From Nemertoderma westbladi (taxonomy: Eukaryota > Animalia > Xenacoelomorpha), in the NCBI GenBank assembly GCA_032718475.1, contig JAUCBJ010006157.1, positions 39,264-103,263 of the forward strand: 64,000 bases of DNA. The letters are read 5' to 3'. Each line of letters starts with the position of its first letter. Position 1 is the first letter of the stretch. This document shows positions 46,558 through 60,272 of this stretch, piece after piece. Both the position numbers and the translations under genes were made by a program. The notes beneath the pieces are model-generated. The model saw nothing but the letters and a program-made list of their open reading frames with translations, searched no databases and had not been told where the DNA came from.

Positions 46558-48380
46558 GGGGACCAAATGCGATATTAATTACAATTAGTATATAATGTGG
46601 TTTGTAGGATTACATCACAAGTGGTCTCTGTTTCTCCTTTACAGGTTTTCTGATTGAATAATTATTAAAAATAAACTTTGATTATAACTTATTTATTATA
46701 CTACATAACGTCATAGTGTCTCAATTCAGTAACGCGCTCAAAATATTTAAGTATATGGCACGTAACAGAATAACGGAATTAAAAGTCTGTAAAATTTGAA
46801 CCGCTAAACGGATTTCTGCCATTCAAGTATCGTACGAAAGCTAATTTTTTGCTCTTTAACATATATAAATTGTAAAATTGTAGCACAAATTTAATTATAC
46901 ACAACATGAGGAAGTAAATCCCAAAATACATAAAAACGTAGACTTGTCAATAAAATTTGTGTTGTTTTGAAAGAGGTGGCTTCTCGAAAATGAAGAATTA
47001 AAAACAAGTTTATGCAAATATATTACACACCTATGTGATTCTCATATAATTTACAGTTCAGTAAAACTACTTGCAGTACATTAGCATCGATTTTATCGCG
47101 ACAGGAAACCCAAGTATAAAGTGTAAGGAGATTCTACTTCTTTGCGTAAAAAAATTATATCTTGAAATTTCAGTATTATATTTCATAGTAAATTTTCTAT
47201 ACCAAAATTTTATGTTCTATTCGGTGGAACCATCCAAAATATCGTATCTATTAGCGGTTTGAAATTGGGATAAAGTTTATTACAACTACGCGAAATATAG
47301 AGACAAGCTGTTCCTTGGAAATCAAAATTCAAGGCTGTAAAAAAAATACAGAGACTATCCTTAAAAATCACCGGTTATGCTTCCAAGACTACCTAAAGTG
47401 TTAGGGTTCATATGCATTAAGTGTCATATTTTTAATGAACTTTCGCCCCCCACCCCCACCCCACCCCTCCCAGTGGAAATGGTTCCCGTACGCTTATGAA
47501 TAGTCCCGTAGAGCCTTGTCCACCGATAATTAATAATAATTACATGGTTGTATAATGTAGGCATATTATACATTAAGTTATCCATTACATGTGTTACGTG
47601 CCATATTATTATCGAAGTGTAAAGATAACAGATTATATTATGAGAATCTTGTTAAAAATTATAAATTATTGTATCATTGGAAATATGTTTGTATCCCTAA
47701 CTACCTCACTACGTGACTTTGTTTTCGGGTTATTATGTAAATACAAGAAATATTGATATTGACTGTTATAAGATAAGTGGCTAATAATATTTGTGCGTCT
47801 CAAAGATGACTGGTTAAATTATTAAGTTCGTTTTAATGATAATTTATAAATTTTTAATCTAATTAAAAAATAATCAACCCAACGTAATTACATAATTAAT
47901 AGTTGTATATAAGTTGTATTTGTGCTATGCAGTTTTCCCATTAGTGGAGTGTCTTTATAACTAAAATTATTACCAAAGTACCAAAAGCATTATGTGAGTA
48001 GCTCACGAACGAATATCTCATGCTCCAAAAAATATGTTAAGTTGATTATAAATTGTGTTTATTGTTGGAAATTTGGATAATCCAAAATCCAAGCCAAACA
48101 AAAGGTAGATTAGTGGAGTAAATATCATAATAGTGAAGTTCCTGAATAATTTAATTAACTTTGAAATAAGCAGTGATCCAATGGGAATGTAATACAATAT
48201 ACATTGACTTGTCGCATATTAATTGCTACAACTCGGTAACTAGTAGTAGCAATGTAAAATCCATTTTGCTAATGAAAGAAACTAAACACGCAATTGAAAG
48301 TGTTAATAATATGCTTCTATTTTGGAGCATGGAATTTTTGTAATCTATAATCATCCACAGATAGTCACAAAAAATCAGAT

Positions 48381-49746
48381 AGGGGGGAAACTGGACGCAA
48401 TAAAAATTCATCCCTCTCCAGGGGAAATTCGACGCAAATAACAGCTGATTACTCTCAAAAATGAAATTGTAACCTGTTGTGTTTAGTTTATTGTTTTGAT
48501 TAAATTAACGTGCCACTGTAACCTGCTCCTTTCCCTAGATTGAGAATTTAACATTGAGGCGGGATATTAATTCGCCAAGGCGGGATTTGCGTCCAGTTTC
48601 CCCCCCCTGTCTCCAAAAAAATAGGTCCCCTTTTATGTCACTAAGCCAATCCACTACCGGTACATCTTTATTTGATTGTAAATTTATGATTTAATGACTT
48701 TTTACAGTGTTCTGTTTGTGGTGGTTGGTGGTATTATTGCGTTATTTTTTTTATATTCCATCCAAAATATAAATTGTTATCATTCATTTACTATACTACA
48801 TAATTAATATGACTTTATTTAATATGCATTATGTGAGCTTAATAAATAATATTATGGTTCTAACAAATAGTACTAATTAATAATAGCAATTATTATTTTC
48901 ATATCGCCCATAATCTCGTTTCTTATCAATCAATAAATTGATTGTTCACTTTTTAGCTTAATTCGTCATTATCGTGACCTTCTCCATATAGAGCCAGAAT
49001 AATGACCGTAACCATAGAGACAGAACAATGACCGTGACCATAGAGACAGAACAACAACACACACCAAAAACTGTCGTTTCGAAACCGTCTCATTTGGCTC
49101 AGTGAGGTGATGATCCCATTTTTTGTACAGAGGTTGTTATATATGGGATGTTCTGGTTCTCATATTATCTCAATATCTAAATGGACAAATATAAATTTTA
49201 ACATAATGATGCATAACGTCCACTTGCGTCATTTTGGTGAAAATTTTTTTTTTAAATTGTGATGTGTACTGATGAGCTCTTCTGTAACGGTTTCTTCTCC
49301 ACAAGGCAGTGTTGAGGAGGCCGAAATGTCCAATGAATCCTAGAACCCGCTTAATAAATCCCGACTTTCAGAAAAGGCTGTATGAGAGAAAAGCGTTAGA
49401 ATAGTTATATACAAGCGATCTTCGCGTTATATATTTTCATGCAGGTTTCAATCGAGAGTAATCGGTTTCAATCGAGAGTAATCGGTAATCGGTTTCAATC
49501 GAGAGTATGGGGAGCCTTGTCAAAAATTTAATAATATAAATAAAAATAACCGTAATGTATCTTTATTTTTCTCAAAGCAAAGTTTCCTTTGCCGTGTAAT
49601 TCCCAGTTACTCATTCGTTTACAATTTTAATGGGGTTATCACAGTAGGCCTAGGCAAATGGAGAGGGGGGGGGGGGGGGGGGGGGAGCAGGTTACAGTTT
49701 TATTTTTGAGAATAATCAGCTGTTATTTGCGTCCAATTTTCCCCCT
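48381..49746. mobile_element. Cluster of inverted termini of a non-autonomous DNA transposon family
   Basis: GGGGAAA(C/T)TGGACGCAA at 48383 and 48421, inverted at ~48586-48608 and ~49686-49746; TSD unresolved. Confidence 0.45.
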
Positions 49747-52714
49747 ATGTGGGCAAATGAGTCTGCAGCCAAATTTAAATTAATTGATTAATCAATTTAA
49801 CCATTATTCCGTTCTTGGAGCTCCAGCATCCAGGAGGATAGAACATTGAGAGCCAGTTGTAATAATATATCACAAGGTCGTCCGCATATGGCGGCTGATG
49901 CTTGTTCTTTAAGTGGTGAGGCGAGATCTCTAATGAAGATAATAAAAAAATATGACGTAAATCCCTGTAGAACATTATTTTAACTATATTTTCCAAGCGT
50001 AGCGAGGTTAATAAAGAATAGAGTAGAGAATAGAGAGCATATGAAATTAATGCACCACGTTATTTTACATGCAATACTTACTGTAGTTTTATTTCTAAAT
50101 AGAACATTCTTTTCTCAACTTTAATTACCCGGTATGTTAATTTCATTTAGTGAAAGGCATTAGGTATATTTCTAAAGCAATATTGTTCAAAACGAATTGT
50201 TTATAAATAGCTTATCCATAGGTTAAGATATTAAATAGCTACATTTGGAGCTAAAATAAAATAATCACTGGAGCTCAGCTCGAGTTCCTGCAGCTATTAA
50301 TTAGTTGCTGGGTTTAATAAACATTAAACCCAGCCACAAACAAACAAACTAATACAGTTTGAACCTAGTCGGTCAATCATGGATGAAATGGAACCAAACT
50401 TGGTACACATGTAGTCTATCAAAAGAGTTGAAATTCTACACACAGATATATTTCTATAGATCCTCTGTCTGTCGCTGGGGGGCGCATTGACAGAAACGTA
50501 ACATTAGCTGTAACCTGTAAAATTATAGAACCAACCATCAGATTGAACTGAAATTTGGTAGTAGTAACCTACGAGCATTGCTTAATTAGAAATTCTCCAC
50601 ACTGACCGACTTTTACAGTTTCTCTGTCTGCCGCTAGGGGGCGAATTGTCGGAGCTCCAGTTCATTATGCTTAGAACTGTTTAATGTATTATTAATTATT
50701 CATCAATTTGGAAAAAGTAGAACTTTTTCACTATTAATTATCGAGGCATTTTATTTACCGAGCGCCAGCGAGGTTAATAAAGGGTCGAGAGACTCCGTTT
50801 TCTCCCGATTTTAGGGTATATTCGAGCGAAAAAGTAACAATTTAAGAATAAAATATGTTGGAATAATGTTGTAGATTGTTTAACGCCTTTTTATACGAGT
50901 TATAATAATGTCCTATTTAAAAAAATATCAAATCGCTTTAAAGGGACCAGCCAGGGCGCATCTCTGCCTTGAATCCTTAAGTGGTAGCTAATTGAGTACT
51001 GGAGTTTCCTCTGGGGAGTAAAGTTCTGGGGGGACCGCACTGGAAATAAGTCGTCAGAATTTGTGCGTAATCCCTGGCCTAGCGGCCGAAGAAAATTTAC
51101 TTGGATTTGATAGACAATGGTTATTGATACATAATAGATATGCTGAGATAAATTAATATTACGACTTCAATATAATGAGGAACTGATATTATTTAGGGGA
51201 TTTATTATTAACTATCCTGGAATCTAGTGTCGTTTAATGATTTGATGAACTGATAATACTTTATTTTACTCTACTCTACTATTGTCAAACTATTTTCAAA
51301 CTAAAACAGTTTGTGTTTGGTTTGATAATTCTGAACGTATATGGGTTTTCGAGGTCGCTGATCACGATGAAAGTAGTTATAAATATTTCTGGTATGTGCA
51401 AATCCAATTTTGGTGCCATTCTAGTGACCCAGAACGAAAAGTACAAGTAGCAAAAATTTCAAACAGTTAAATTTTGCCTTTGGTTTAGTAATTCTGAAGC
51501 TATACTGGTTTTCAAAGCCGCTGATAACGATACAATTCGTGGAAACGCAACTATCGTTTCTGGTGTTTGTCTGGTGGGACGAAAAATACAAGTAGCATAA
51601 AATTTCAAACGGCAAAAATCAAATTTGGTTGGATAAAACGATATTTATGAATGTCATATTCGTGATCTGCGTCCCAGAAAACCCATAAATGTCATAAAAT
51701 CAGGTTGTTTCGGTAATGAATTATGAATATCAAATTTGTGCTACACTTTTATTTTTCGTGCCGCACATTAAGCCGTAATTAACAAGGTAGGATATTTTTC
51801 AGTGTCATATTCGTGATCAGCATCCCAAAAAACCACATGGTCATAAAATCAATTTGTTTTCGTGGTGATTTTTCATTATCATATTTTCAATACTTGTTTT
51901 TTTTCGCGCTCCAGGGGCACAAATAACTGTCTAATAACTAAATATAACAACATGCCTATGTTGTTATATTACACAACTCTTCGATATGTTTGATGTAGAG
52001 GAATAAACCTTCCTAATGAAATCAGCACATTCTAAAACCTTAGTAGCAAAACTGTAGGCCTATGGCCAATTTACCACGTTTCAAAAAAGTGCTACTTGCA
52101 CTTTTGGTGCTCTTTTACAATCTATTGATAAAAAAATGAAAATGTTGCTTCTAATCGTGCTTTCGATTACTAATAATGAATTCAACAAACACAAAAAAGC
52201 CTAGTATGGTTTCCTGGTTATAAGTCTTTGAAGGGTGATGTATTTTGAGTAATTTTATCAATTCCGAAAGGTCGTTCATATGGTATGGGTGCCAGGAAGG
52301 CCTCATATTTCGACAACTACTGGAGCTACAACAATTTGTATTTGTCTCATCTGAAAGAGGACATACTTTTAGTTAGAGACAAGTACTTTCGACTCGCCTA
52401 ACATATAGTTTTAGGGTTAAATATCTATCAAAGAGAAATAACTGGCCCACTAAATTTAGGGGCTTTGCAGCAGCTTGGCGGGTCGTATCTATAGAAGCGT
52501 CATGATTACTTTAAGTGTGCCCCATACGTATTACTCTATAAGCACTTCTGATTTGAAGATCTCATTTTTATTCAACAGATTATCCTCAATAAACGTACGG
52601 GCGGATATCTGATAACTTGATAGGAGTATTTTGAAGCATTTTATGGCATCGTAACAGCTTCTAGAAATATGTTGCCTTCAAATTCAACAATTTCCAAAGT
52701 TCTGTGAAGGCATA

Positions 52715-52781
52715 CCGTATTTACTCGAATAAGGGCCTGGGCGTTTAAGTTTATAAATTGCCAATTGGGGAGGCGTTTATT

Positions 52782-52812
<31 letters not shown>

Positions 52813-52882
52813 CGTTTATTCGGGGAAGGCGTTCAAGTTGCTAATTTGATGGTAAGGGGGGCTCTTATTCGAGTAAATAAGT
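52715..52882. mobile_element. Tc1/mariner(pogo)-type MITE with TA flanks
   Basis: TA|CCGTATTTACTCGAATAAG ... CTTATTCGAGTAAATAAGT|TA. Confidence 0.7.
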
Positions 52883-53185
52883 TATGTTACTGCCGGCGCA
52901 ATATTCCAGTGTTGACCTCGGCGTATTGAGGAGTACAATTAGTAAGTATACCAACAAGATAAAACGATAAAATAAAATATTAATTGGATTCGGTATCGAT
53001 TATATTATAAATATAATAATTATTATAATAAATAAGGCAATATTTTAGTTCAATAAAAATAAATATCAAATAAGTAATTAATAATAATATTAATCAAAAT
53101 TGCATCGTTATCCGCATCCACGATTGCACTCGCTGCCCAAATTGGGTTGGATTTATTGAAATTAATTGATAAATTAATTAATTGT

Positions 53186-55597
53186 TTACGCCAGTAATCG
53201 AATAGGTCCCTTGTCTGAACCCAAGATGAGCATTTGGTTTAGTGGGAGCGAAGCGAGCGAGGAAACTGTCCCTTTGTACACATCGCTAGTGAGTTTAGTT
53301 ACCGAGGACAACCCCAAATCGTACTGGGGCCCCGTTACCAACACGTTATTGGACGAGGTAACGCCGACCAACTGGTTGCTACCGGCAACCACCGAGAGAC
53401 ACTGAACGTCGCCCCCGACGGCGCATCGCGAGACCACACGCGCGTTGTCCGGTTGCCAGGTAACCACCCCGCCGTCCGTCCCGGAGCTCGCGAAGGTGGC
53501 CACGTCCCCGGGGATCGCGGCTAGTTGGAGGATCTCCCCGTCGTGGACGCGCCACCGCGCCACCAACGAGCCCGCGCCGCCGCGCGCGTCCACCGCGCAG
53601 ACGATCCCCGCGCCCAGGGCCACGCACACGGTCCGTCGGTTGGCCGCCACGCAACGGGGCGGCCCCGGGGGACTGGACGCGACGCGCCACTCTGCGACCC
53701 AACCCTGCGTCACCCTGCAGTCGTAGAGCCGGAGCGACGAGTCGGACGCTACGGCGGCGATCAGCGGCGACGGCCCCGGGAGCGGGGCCGCGGCCACCAA
53801 CGACTTCCCGCCGCCATGGGGCGCAACCGCCACGCAGACACCCACGAACGGGTCCCACAGATGGAGCGAACCGTCGCACGAGTAAGCGAGACGCGAGTGC
53901 GACAGAAAGCCGACGTCGCTAACGGAACGCTTGTGTCGGGAGTAGATTGAACGGGAGCGGGCGTGGAACCGCCCGGAACCGGCGTTCCTCACGGACCACA
54001 GCCGCACCGTGCGGTCCTTCCCGCCGCTAAGGAACGAGGTCTCGTTGTCCAACGCCGCCACGCATCGCACCGCCCCAACGTGGCCCACGAACGTCTGCAG
54101 TTTGAGTCGACGGAAGGCGAACGCGTCTCCGTCCCGATTGGTCGACTGGTTCAACCAATGGGCCTCCCAGTTGCCCCGCAGTACCCGCTCCCCCCGGTTG
54201 ATGGCGCTGTTTATCCGCCCCAGCGGTAGGCCCCCCGTCTCTTCGCGCGACGCCCCCAAGAGGGACTCGGCGGCTACGTGTATCCGATTCCCGGAGAGCC
54301 GCACGGGGGCGCCCAACTCGACGAACCAACTGGCCCGGATCCGGGATTCCGGTTCGGCGAACAACGACTCGGCGTCGCGCCATCTAGCGTGCACCCCCTG
54401 CACCGCGCCTCTCCCGCCCGCGGCGTCCTCTTGCTGCGTGCTGAGCGCTCGCTCATGCGAGTTGCACATGTCCCAGACGAGATCGTGATTGGGTAGGATC
54501 TTCTCCATGTGGATGTCGCCCATCAGCCGACAGAGCGGCACGTAGGCCGAGTGCGCCATCTCGGAGGAGAAGACGGCGGAGAGTTGCTCCAACGCGATCT
54601 CGTTCCAGGACGCCCGCCGCTCGGCCCGGGACGCCGCCAACGGGGGAGACAGTTCGTTACCTTCCGCTGGGAGACGCGACAGACGCACCGGGGAGCCGGC
54701 GGTCGGCTGCTCCGTATCCGGGTCCACCTTGATGTCGATGAACTCCGCGGAGTCCTCCCCCAGCGAGGAGTGGTACAACTCCTCGCGACGACGTCCCGGC
54801 CAGGTGCGTCGCATCCGCTCCTCCACGCCGCCCAGGTTGGGGTCGTTGTGGACCCAACTGAACCAGTAGAACAGCGTCTGGAGCAGCGAGGTCAGGTGCT
54901 CGCGGGCCATGTCGCGCCCGATACGGAAACCCAACTCGTTTATCGCGAGGATCACCTTGCGACACGCCGCTATTCGGGATGAAACACCGCTCGCGAAGAC
55001 GTGACGATGCGACGCGACCAGCGATATAGACGCGGATAACATCGTCTTAAAGATGTCTTTTATGTGATTCATTAAGGCGGAGTCGTTAACAAGAGGGAGA
55101 CACTCGTATAGCAAGGAGAGCGCAGCGATTAGGGCGGCTTCGTTTCGGGGAGTTATTCGAAGCAACGCGGATTGGATCTGTTGGCGGATCCACGGGAACA
55201 TTCCCCGCAGTACCAGCGAGTCGCCGTAATGGACCGCGATCTTGGACATGGTCTCTATAACCTGGGCGGCGTGGAGATCCCCCACTACGTGTACCGCCTC
55301 GGTACGGGACTCCACTAGGTCCATCAACCCGGGACCCAGGTAACAGTCTACCAGCGTCCGCTGCAGACAGCCCACTATGTACCGCGAGGTGAGTATCGGG
55401 CCCAGTTTCATCGAGAGGTTTACTGTCGTCTCCATGGCGATGTCAGGTATCTTTATGTTCTCTGGGATGTCGTCTAGGATGGATACGTCTAGACGTTGGG
55501 AGCCGACTGGTGGGGAGGCGGGGGTATCAGAGTCCTCCTCGGTAGAGCTGCCGTCCTCCGGAACAACCTGGTCGTCGTCCTCGGTTAACTCGTCATT
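53186..55597 (-). CDS. WDR81: WDR81 exon 2 (acidic linker, helical region, WD40 repeats)
   Basis: ttctcag acceptor at 55598; 54 codons lead in frame into the 749-aa ORF; LRGNW..HW, KLQTFVGHVGAVR, FLSGGKDRTVRLW, C-terminal GSDKGPIRLLA*. Confidence 0.9.
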   Translation of the reverse strand, partial: NDELTEDDDQVVPEDGSSTEEDSDTPASPPVGSQRLDVSILDDIPENIKIPDIAMETTVNLSMKLGPILTSRYIVGCLQRTLVDCYLGPGLMDLVESRTEAVHVVGDLHAAQVIETMSKIAVHYGDSLVLRGMFPWIRQQIQSALLRITPRNEAALIAALSLLYECLPLVNDSALMNHIKDIFKTMLSASISLVASHRHVFASGVSSRIAACRKVILAINELGFRIGRDMAREHLTSLLQTLFYWFSWVHNDPNLGGVEERMRRTWPGRRREELYHSSLGEDSAEFIDIKVDPDTEQPTAGSPVRLSRLPAEGNELSPPLAASRAERRASWNEIALEQLSAVFSSEMAHSAYVPLCRLMGDIHMEKILPNHDLVWDMCNSHERALSTQQEDAAGGRGAVQGVHARWRDAESLFAEPESRIRASWFVELGAPVRLSGNRIHVAAESLLGASREETGGLPLGRINSAINRGERVLRGNWEAHWLNQSTNRDGDAFAFRRLKLQTFVGHVGAVRCVAALDNETSFLSGGKDRTVRLWSVRNAGSGRFHARSRSIYSRHKRSVSDVGFLSHSRLAYSCDGSLHLWDPFVGVCVAVAPHGGGKSLVAAAPLPGPSPLIAAVASDSSLRLYDCRVTQGWVAEWRVASSPPGPPRCVAANRRTVCVALGAGIVCAVDARGGAGSLVARWRVHDGEILQLAAIPGDVATFASSGTDGGVVTWQPDNARVVSRCAVGGDVQCLSVVAGSNQLVGVTSSNNVLVTGPQYDLGLSSVTKLTSDVYKGTVSSLASLPLNQMLILGSDKGPIRLLA

Positions 55598-56290
55598 CTG
55601 AGAAATAATATAAAATCACTAATGGCAACCAATACAGAAAGAACAAAAAAAACGCGAATTGTACCACATGTATAATAATTACCAATTTATAGATTATACT
55701 TTCAGTTTTAAATCTTTGGCAATTAAGTGCTAGTTCCAGTTCCAGAATTCCACGATATAGAGTTTCAGTTCAAGTTTCAGTTTTAAAAAATGTCAGTTTC
55801 AGTTCCAGTTCGCAGCCCAAAAAATAACAAATAATATCACTAATTTTGTTAATTGTGTAAAATTTTTGAAAAGTTAAATACGTGAAAGATAATTGCATTA
55901 AAAGGTAAATCCGTTCCAAAATACGTTATCAGTTAAACTTCAATAATAAAGAAATGCGGGGCGATGTATATGGGTGGACAGCATGGACACGTTAACGTGG
56001 GAGGGGTGTATATGTGTTTGGACGAGCGATGAAAGAAGCGAGCTTAGCATACGGGTGCCGCTGTTTCAACCGTTGTATGTCGTTCAGTCGGTCTGTCACA
56101 TAATGCACATCAAAAGTCTAAAATAGTTATTTAGTGTATGATAAGCTTGTCTTCCCGTCCCACGAACTTGTTAATTTCTAAATATTAGTTTGTAAATAAT
56201 TTAATAGCCTTTATAACAGAGGGCTGGTAGGTCTCAGTCTCAGTAGTACTATGAATCAGAGTTTATTATAGAGCACAACTTAGAGCTAAC

Positions 56291-59200
56291 CTTTGGAGGT
56301 AATTCGGCGTCATCTTCGGATTGTACAGGAGAATCATCAACATCCAATGAGTTAATGGAGCCTCTCATTGAGTTGAGTAACCTCTGGGTCATGGAGGTTA
56401 TAGACCCGTCCCCTATAGTGGTTATAGAGCCCTCCCCCTCCTCTATAGTGTTTATAGTACACTCATCAGCAAGTTCATAAGCGGAATCAGCAGCTTCCTC
56501 CGGTAACATCACAGAACCATCATCAGCATCGCCATCAGCTGAATCGGTTCGAGTTGCCGAACAAACGACACCGGAAATCACCTCGGGTGGACTGACAACA
56601 ATGACCGTGGGTTCGCCCACCGGTGGAACGGAGGACGAGCTAGACAGCGAGGTTGACGAAGCGGTGAGCAAGGAAGTTTGCAACCCCGCGATGGCGTTAA
56701 CGATGTACTGGAGGAAGTAGAGGAGGAAATTCTGAGTGCCGCAACGTATTGACAACTGCGTTATAAACGAATCGAAATAGACGCGTTTAACGTCTACGGA
56801 ATGGATCTGTCGGCTGTATAAATCGGAGATGTGCGAACGGAATGTGGACATGACGTCTTCTACACTCATATAGGCGGTAATATCGTAGAACAATAGAAGG
56901 AAAGCGTAGAGACGGGAGGATGGGTTGGAGAAGAGTTCCAGTAGACAGGGGAACAGCAACTCTAAGCCTTCCTCGTTCAGCTCGGGTAACAGATTGGGCA
57001 TAAGTCGCGCCGCGTAACAAACCTTAGAGTTACCGATGGATCTACTTACTAAACCAACCGACTGAATCAGTTCGAATTCCTCCATCACCTTAACGAAATC
57101 GACAAGAGTTCTGAAGTATTTCGGGAAGGGGAGTATGGAGTTGTTCGGGTCCAGTAGCAGATCCGTGGAGAAGTTCGAAGAATTATTAATTAATAACAAT
57201 TGATTAATTGCGTGGCGAATGAGTGAAGGAAATTCGTGGATTTGTATCAAACATAATTTCTTAATAAATTCCCGCCTTTCATTAATTCCAATTTCATGAG
57301 GAATTATGTTGGTTCTTTTAGTTTTACTAAGAAATATTTCTGCTAACATAATAACGAAATCAATTAAATCTTCTTCCACAGGGTCAGTAGATTCACTGAA
57401 ACAGTCGACATTATTTACGTCCTCAGGGAGAGTTTGGAAATGTTTCATATTGAATTGACAACGAGCTTCTAAAGCCTCGAGTGCGGCTAATGGATTGTAG
57501 TTGCGTGGTAGGATGATAGGTTGTTCTAGAACTTTGCAGCTCGCTATCTTCTCGTCGGGAAGCCATTTCTGCCGCAATATTTTACGAACGCTGAAGCCCT
57601 GAGTGACCGCGTCGATGTATCCGGTGGTTGATTCGGTCGCCAAGTCAACGGGTCCGCTGTAACTCGCCGAGAGGAGAGACACCGACCGCAATCTAATCTC
57701 CTCCTGGAGGGAGTTAGTTAGACTGGAGGAATCCCTGGAGTCGGGGAGTCTGGGGTCGCCTAGACGGTGCTGCAACGGACTGGTGAGTCGCATCGGGGAG
57801 ACCAGCCGTCTGGGGTGCTCGCAGACAAACAGCTGCACAATCCCGTGGGTCTGCAGGTTGCGGTGTCCATCTACGAGACTCAAACAGACGTTCTTCGCCT
57901 TGATGGCGTCGCGCCCGGTGAGTTTGTAACCCCAGGTGAGATCAATCCATGTAGACAGCATGGCGGAGACGCGTGCGCCCTCCAGCGCCTCCCGATGGAA
58001 TCGGATAAAGTCCTCGGGGGTTTCGGTCCACGCCGGTATCTCTAGGTCGGGCAAATCGGCATGGATGGAGCGAAATATCCGCGGGTCTGTGTAAAACTCT
58101 GGGATGCATTCGTCCGGAGTCCAGCGGTACATCCGCTCCATCGAGTGAGGGTACTCCCCCGGCACGAACACCGGTCGCACATACCGTCGCAGCGTCGCTT
58201 GCTGCGTGCGTCGCGCCTTGTACGTGTAATACGTTATCTCCGATAGCATATCGGATATGTGATGGGGAATACTGTCGCCTCCAGTGTGGTTGTAGGTTAA
58301 ATCTAATTGGATATCGCCTTTAGCTAAACGGTATTTGGACTTTGTGAGATCGCGGAAACTGTTTATTGAGGAGAAACTGTGGACCCAAGGGATTATTGGG
58401 TGGTTGTTTGGTTCGTTGGATCTGCGACCCGCCAACCGGTTCAATATCATTAGATAGTCCAGGTTGGAGACTCTGCCGTGGACCCACTCGCCACAGATTC
58501 GCGGCAAATCGGACACATTAACGTTCGTATAATCAGCTGCTGTCGTTAGATCATTTGATAGTGTGGTTCCGGAGAGAAGCTCATCTGTTTGCGTAGCTAT
58601 GGATCCAGGCCCTAATGATACCGTATCGGTGGATCCAGGCTCGCCCTCGCCCGACGTTGCACCAGTGGATCGATACTCACAAGATGGTGCACCGCTACAT
58701 CCATTCCCACCCGATGGTGCATCAGTAGATCCATATTTACTGAATCCAGGATCACTCGATGGTACAACGTTAGATCCAGGTTCACCTGGTGATGGTGTAC
58801 CGGTACCATTGGATCCAGGTTCAACAGATTGTGTATCAGTGGAACCAGGTTCCCCTGATGATGGTGGAACAGTGGGTACAGATCCAGGTTCCACTGATGA
58901 TGGTGGAACAGTGGGTACAGATCCAGGTTCACCTGATGATTGTGCACCAGTGGATACAGATCCAGGTTCACCCAGTGGTGTAGATCCCAATTGTGTCACC
59001 TCAGTTGATCCTCCAACATAATGAACTCCGAAAAAATCGTCGATGAAGTAATCCTTTAGAGTCGATGGCCCACAACGTAAACCGATCTTATGGTATCCGT
59101 GGATAACCAATAGTATCTGGTACAAAATAAACAGCGGTTTGGCCATTGAGTCATCCAGCTTTGCCGGGCTATAACGAAGGCATTCCTGAATGGATACGGG

Positions 59201-59842
59201 GTAATACGGTTGTAGCACATAGCAGGTGGAGGGCGTTTCTATGATACAGTATCCCATGGATATGGCACTCTGTTTGATAAGGATTTCACTGCCATTCGCC
59301 GTTATCTGCATAGCTGCAGGTGTTTCGGACTGATTGAACGATTCCATAGAGGGGGTCCGAATGACGGGGATGTTGTATATCTTCTTGAGATATTGTAACA
59401 TACAGTTTTGCGAATTCTTTCTGGTTTTCTGAGCAACATTGTTACGCGCATACGGGAATTTATTGACACAATTTGTCCAGTGCTTTTCTATATTAGTTAC
59501 GTGTAATAATTGGTTATACTGAGATAGACTTGAATTTTCCAGATTGTACTTCTGCTCCTCTTTCTGGACTTGTTTAAATGTGGATGATTTCGAATATTCT
59601 AGAACAATAATCTTTTGGAAAGGCGCATAAGGTTTAGAATCCGTTTGAAGGATCTCCGTTAAATCTGAATTATGTACCAAATCCAGTAACTGTGAAGGCG
59701 GAGGTACACATTTGTTCGTAAGTAATTGTTGCAGCCAACAATCATCTACGATCGCGACCCATTGTACTGCGCTGCCCAAACGGCGTAAAGGTCCACGCAA
59801 AATCTTCGCTGGTAAATTCAAAGTTTCACAAACACTATTCAT
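56291..59842 (-). CDS. WDR81: WDR81 exon 1 (kinase-like N-terminus and BEACH domain); spliced protein ~1987 aa
   Basis: YSPAKL..KPLFILYQIL, SNLDYLMILNRLAGR, HPIIPWV, RDLTKSKYRLAKGD.QLD, WTPDECIPEFY, WIDLTWGYKL.G; AAG|GTTAG donor at 56291/56290, phase 0. Confidence 0.92.
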
Positions 59843-60048
59843 TAGGCTGGACAGCTAGATGACTGCAACTGGCCACTGCCAGTATGTAGGCCTATTTGTA
59901 ATTCACAAAAAACATAAATAATAACTTGACCGACACAGCAAACTACCTACTGCAAGGTAATCCATTATAATCTAATCATATTTATATTAAAGTCTAAAAC
60001 TAACCGTTCAGAGTTAGCCGGGGTTGTCGGCTCCGAAAGTTGTGTTAA

Positions 60049-60272
60049 GGCCCGTTTCCGCGCTGCTTTTTTATGAGCTTTATTTCAAGCTTTTTTTAGT
60101 TAAAACAATTTCTATATTATATCTTAATTTGAACTTAACGTTTGAAAAGGCATAACAAGCTTGAAAAAAAGCTCAAAAAACGCTTGAAAAAGCTCAAAAA
60201 AGCTAGAAAAACAGCTTAAAATAAGCTCAGAATACCCCGCACATAAAAAAAAAAGCAGCGCGGAAACGGGCC
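60049..60272. mobile_element. PIF/Harbinger-like MITE just upstream of WDR81
   Basis: TIR GGCCCGTTTCCGCGCTGCTTTTTT at both ends; AT-rich 3-bp flanks (TAA/TAT). Confidence 0.7.

Noticed and set aside
49269-49330. Second hammerhead-like motif (CTGATGAG...CCGAAATGTC)
   Set aside because: Stem II needs bulges and no credible stem I or III forms.
22026-52812. Long poly-G runs (~22026, 35216, 35544, 49665, 52783) as functional G-quadruplex elements
   Set aside because: Mostly inside MITE termini; homopolymer lengths are unreliable and there is no other evidence.
53379-54982. Multiple overlapping ORFs over WDR81 exon 2
   Set aside because: Shadow ORFs caused by high GC and stop-codon scarcity.
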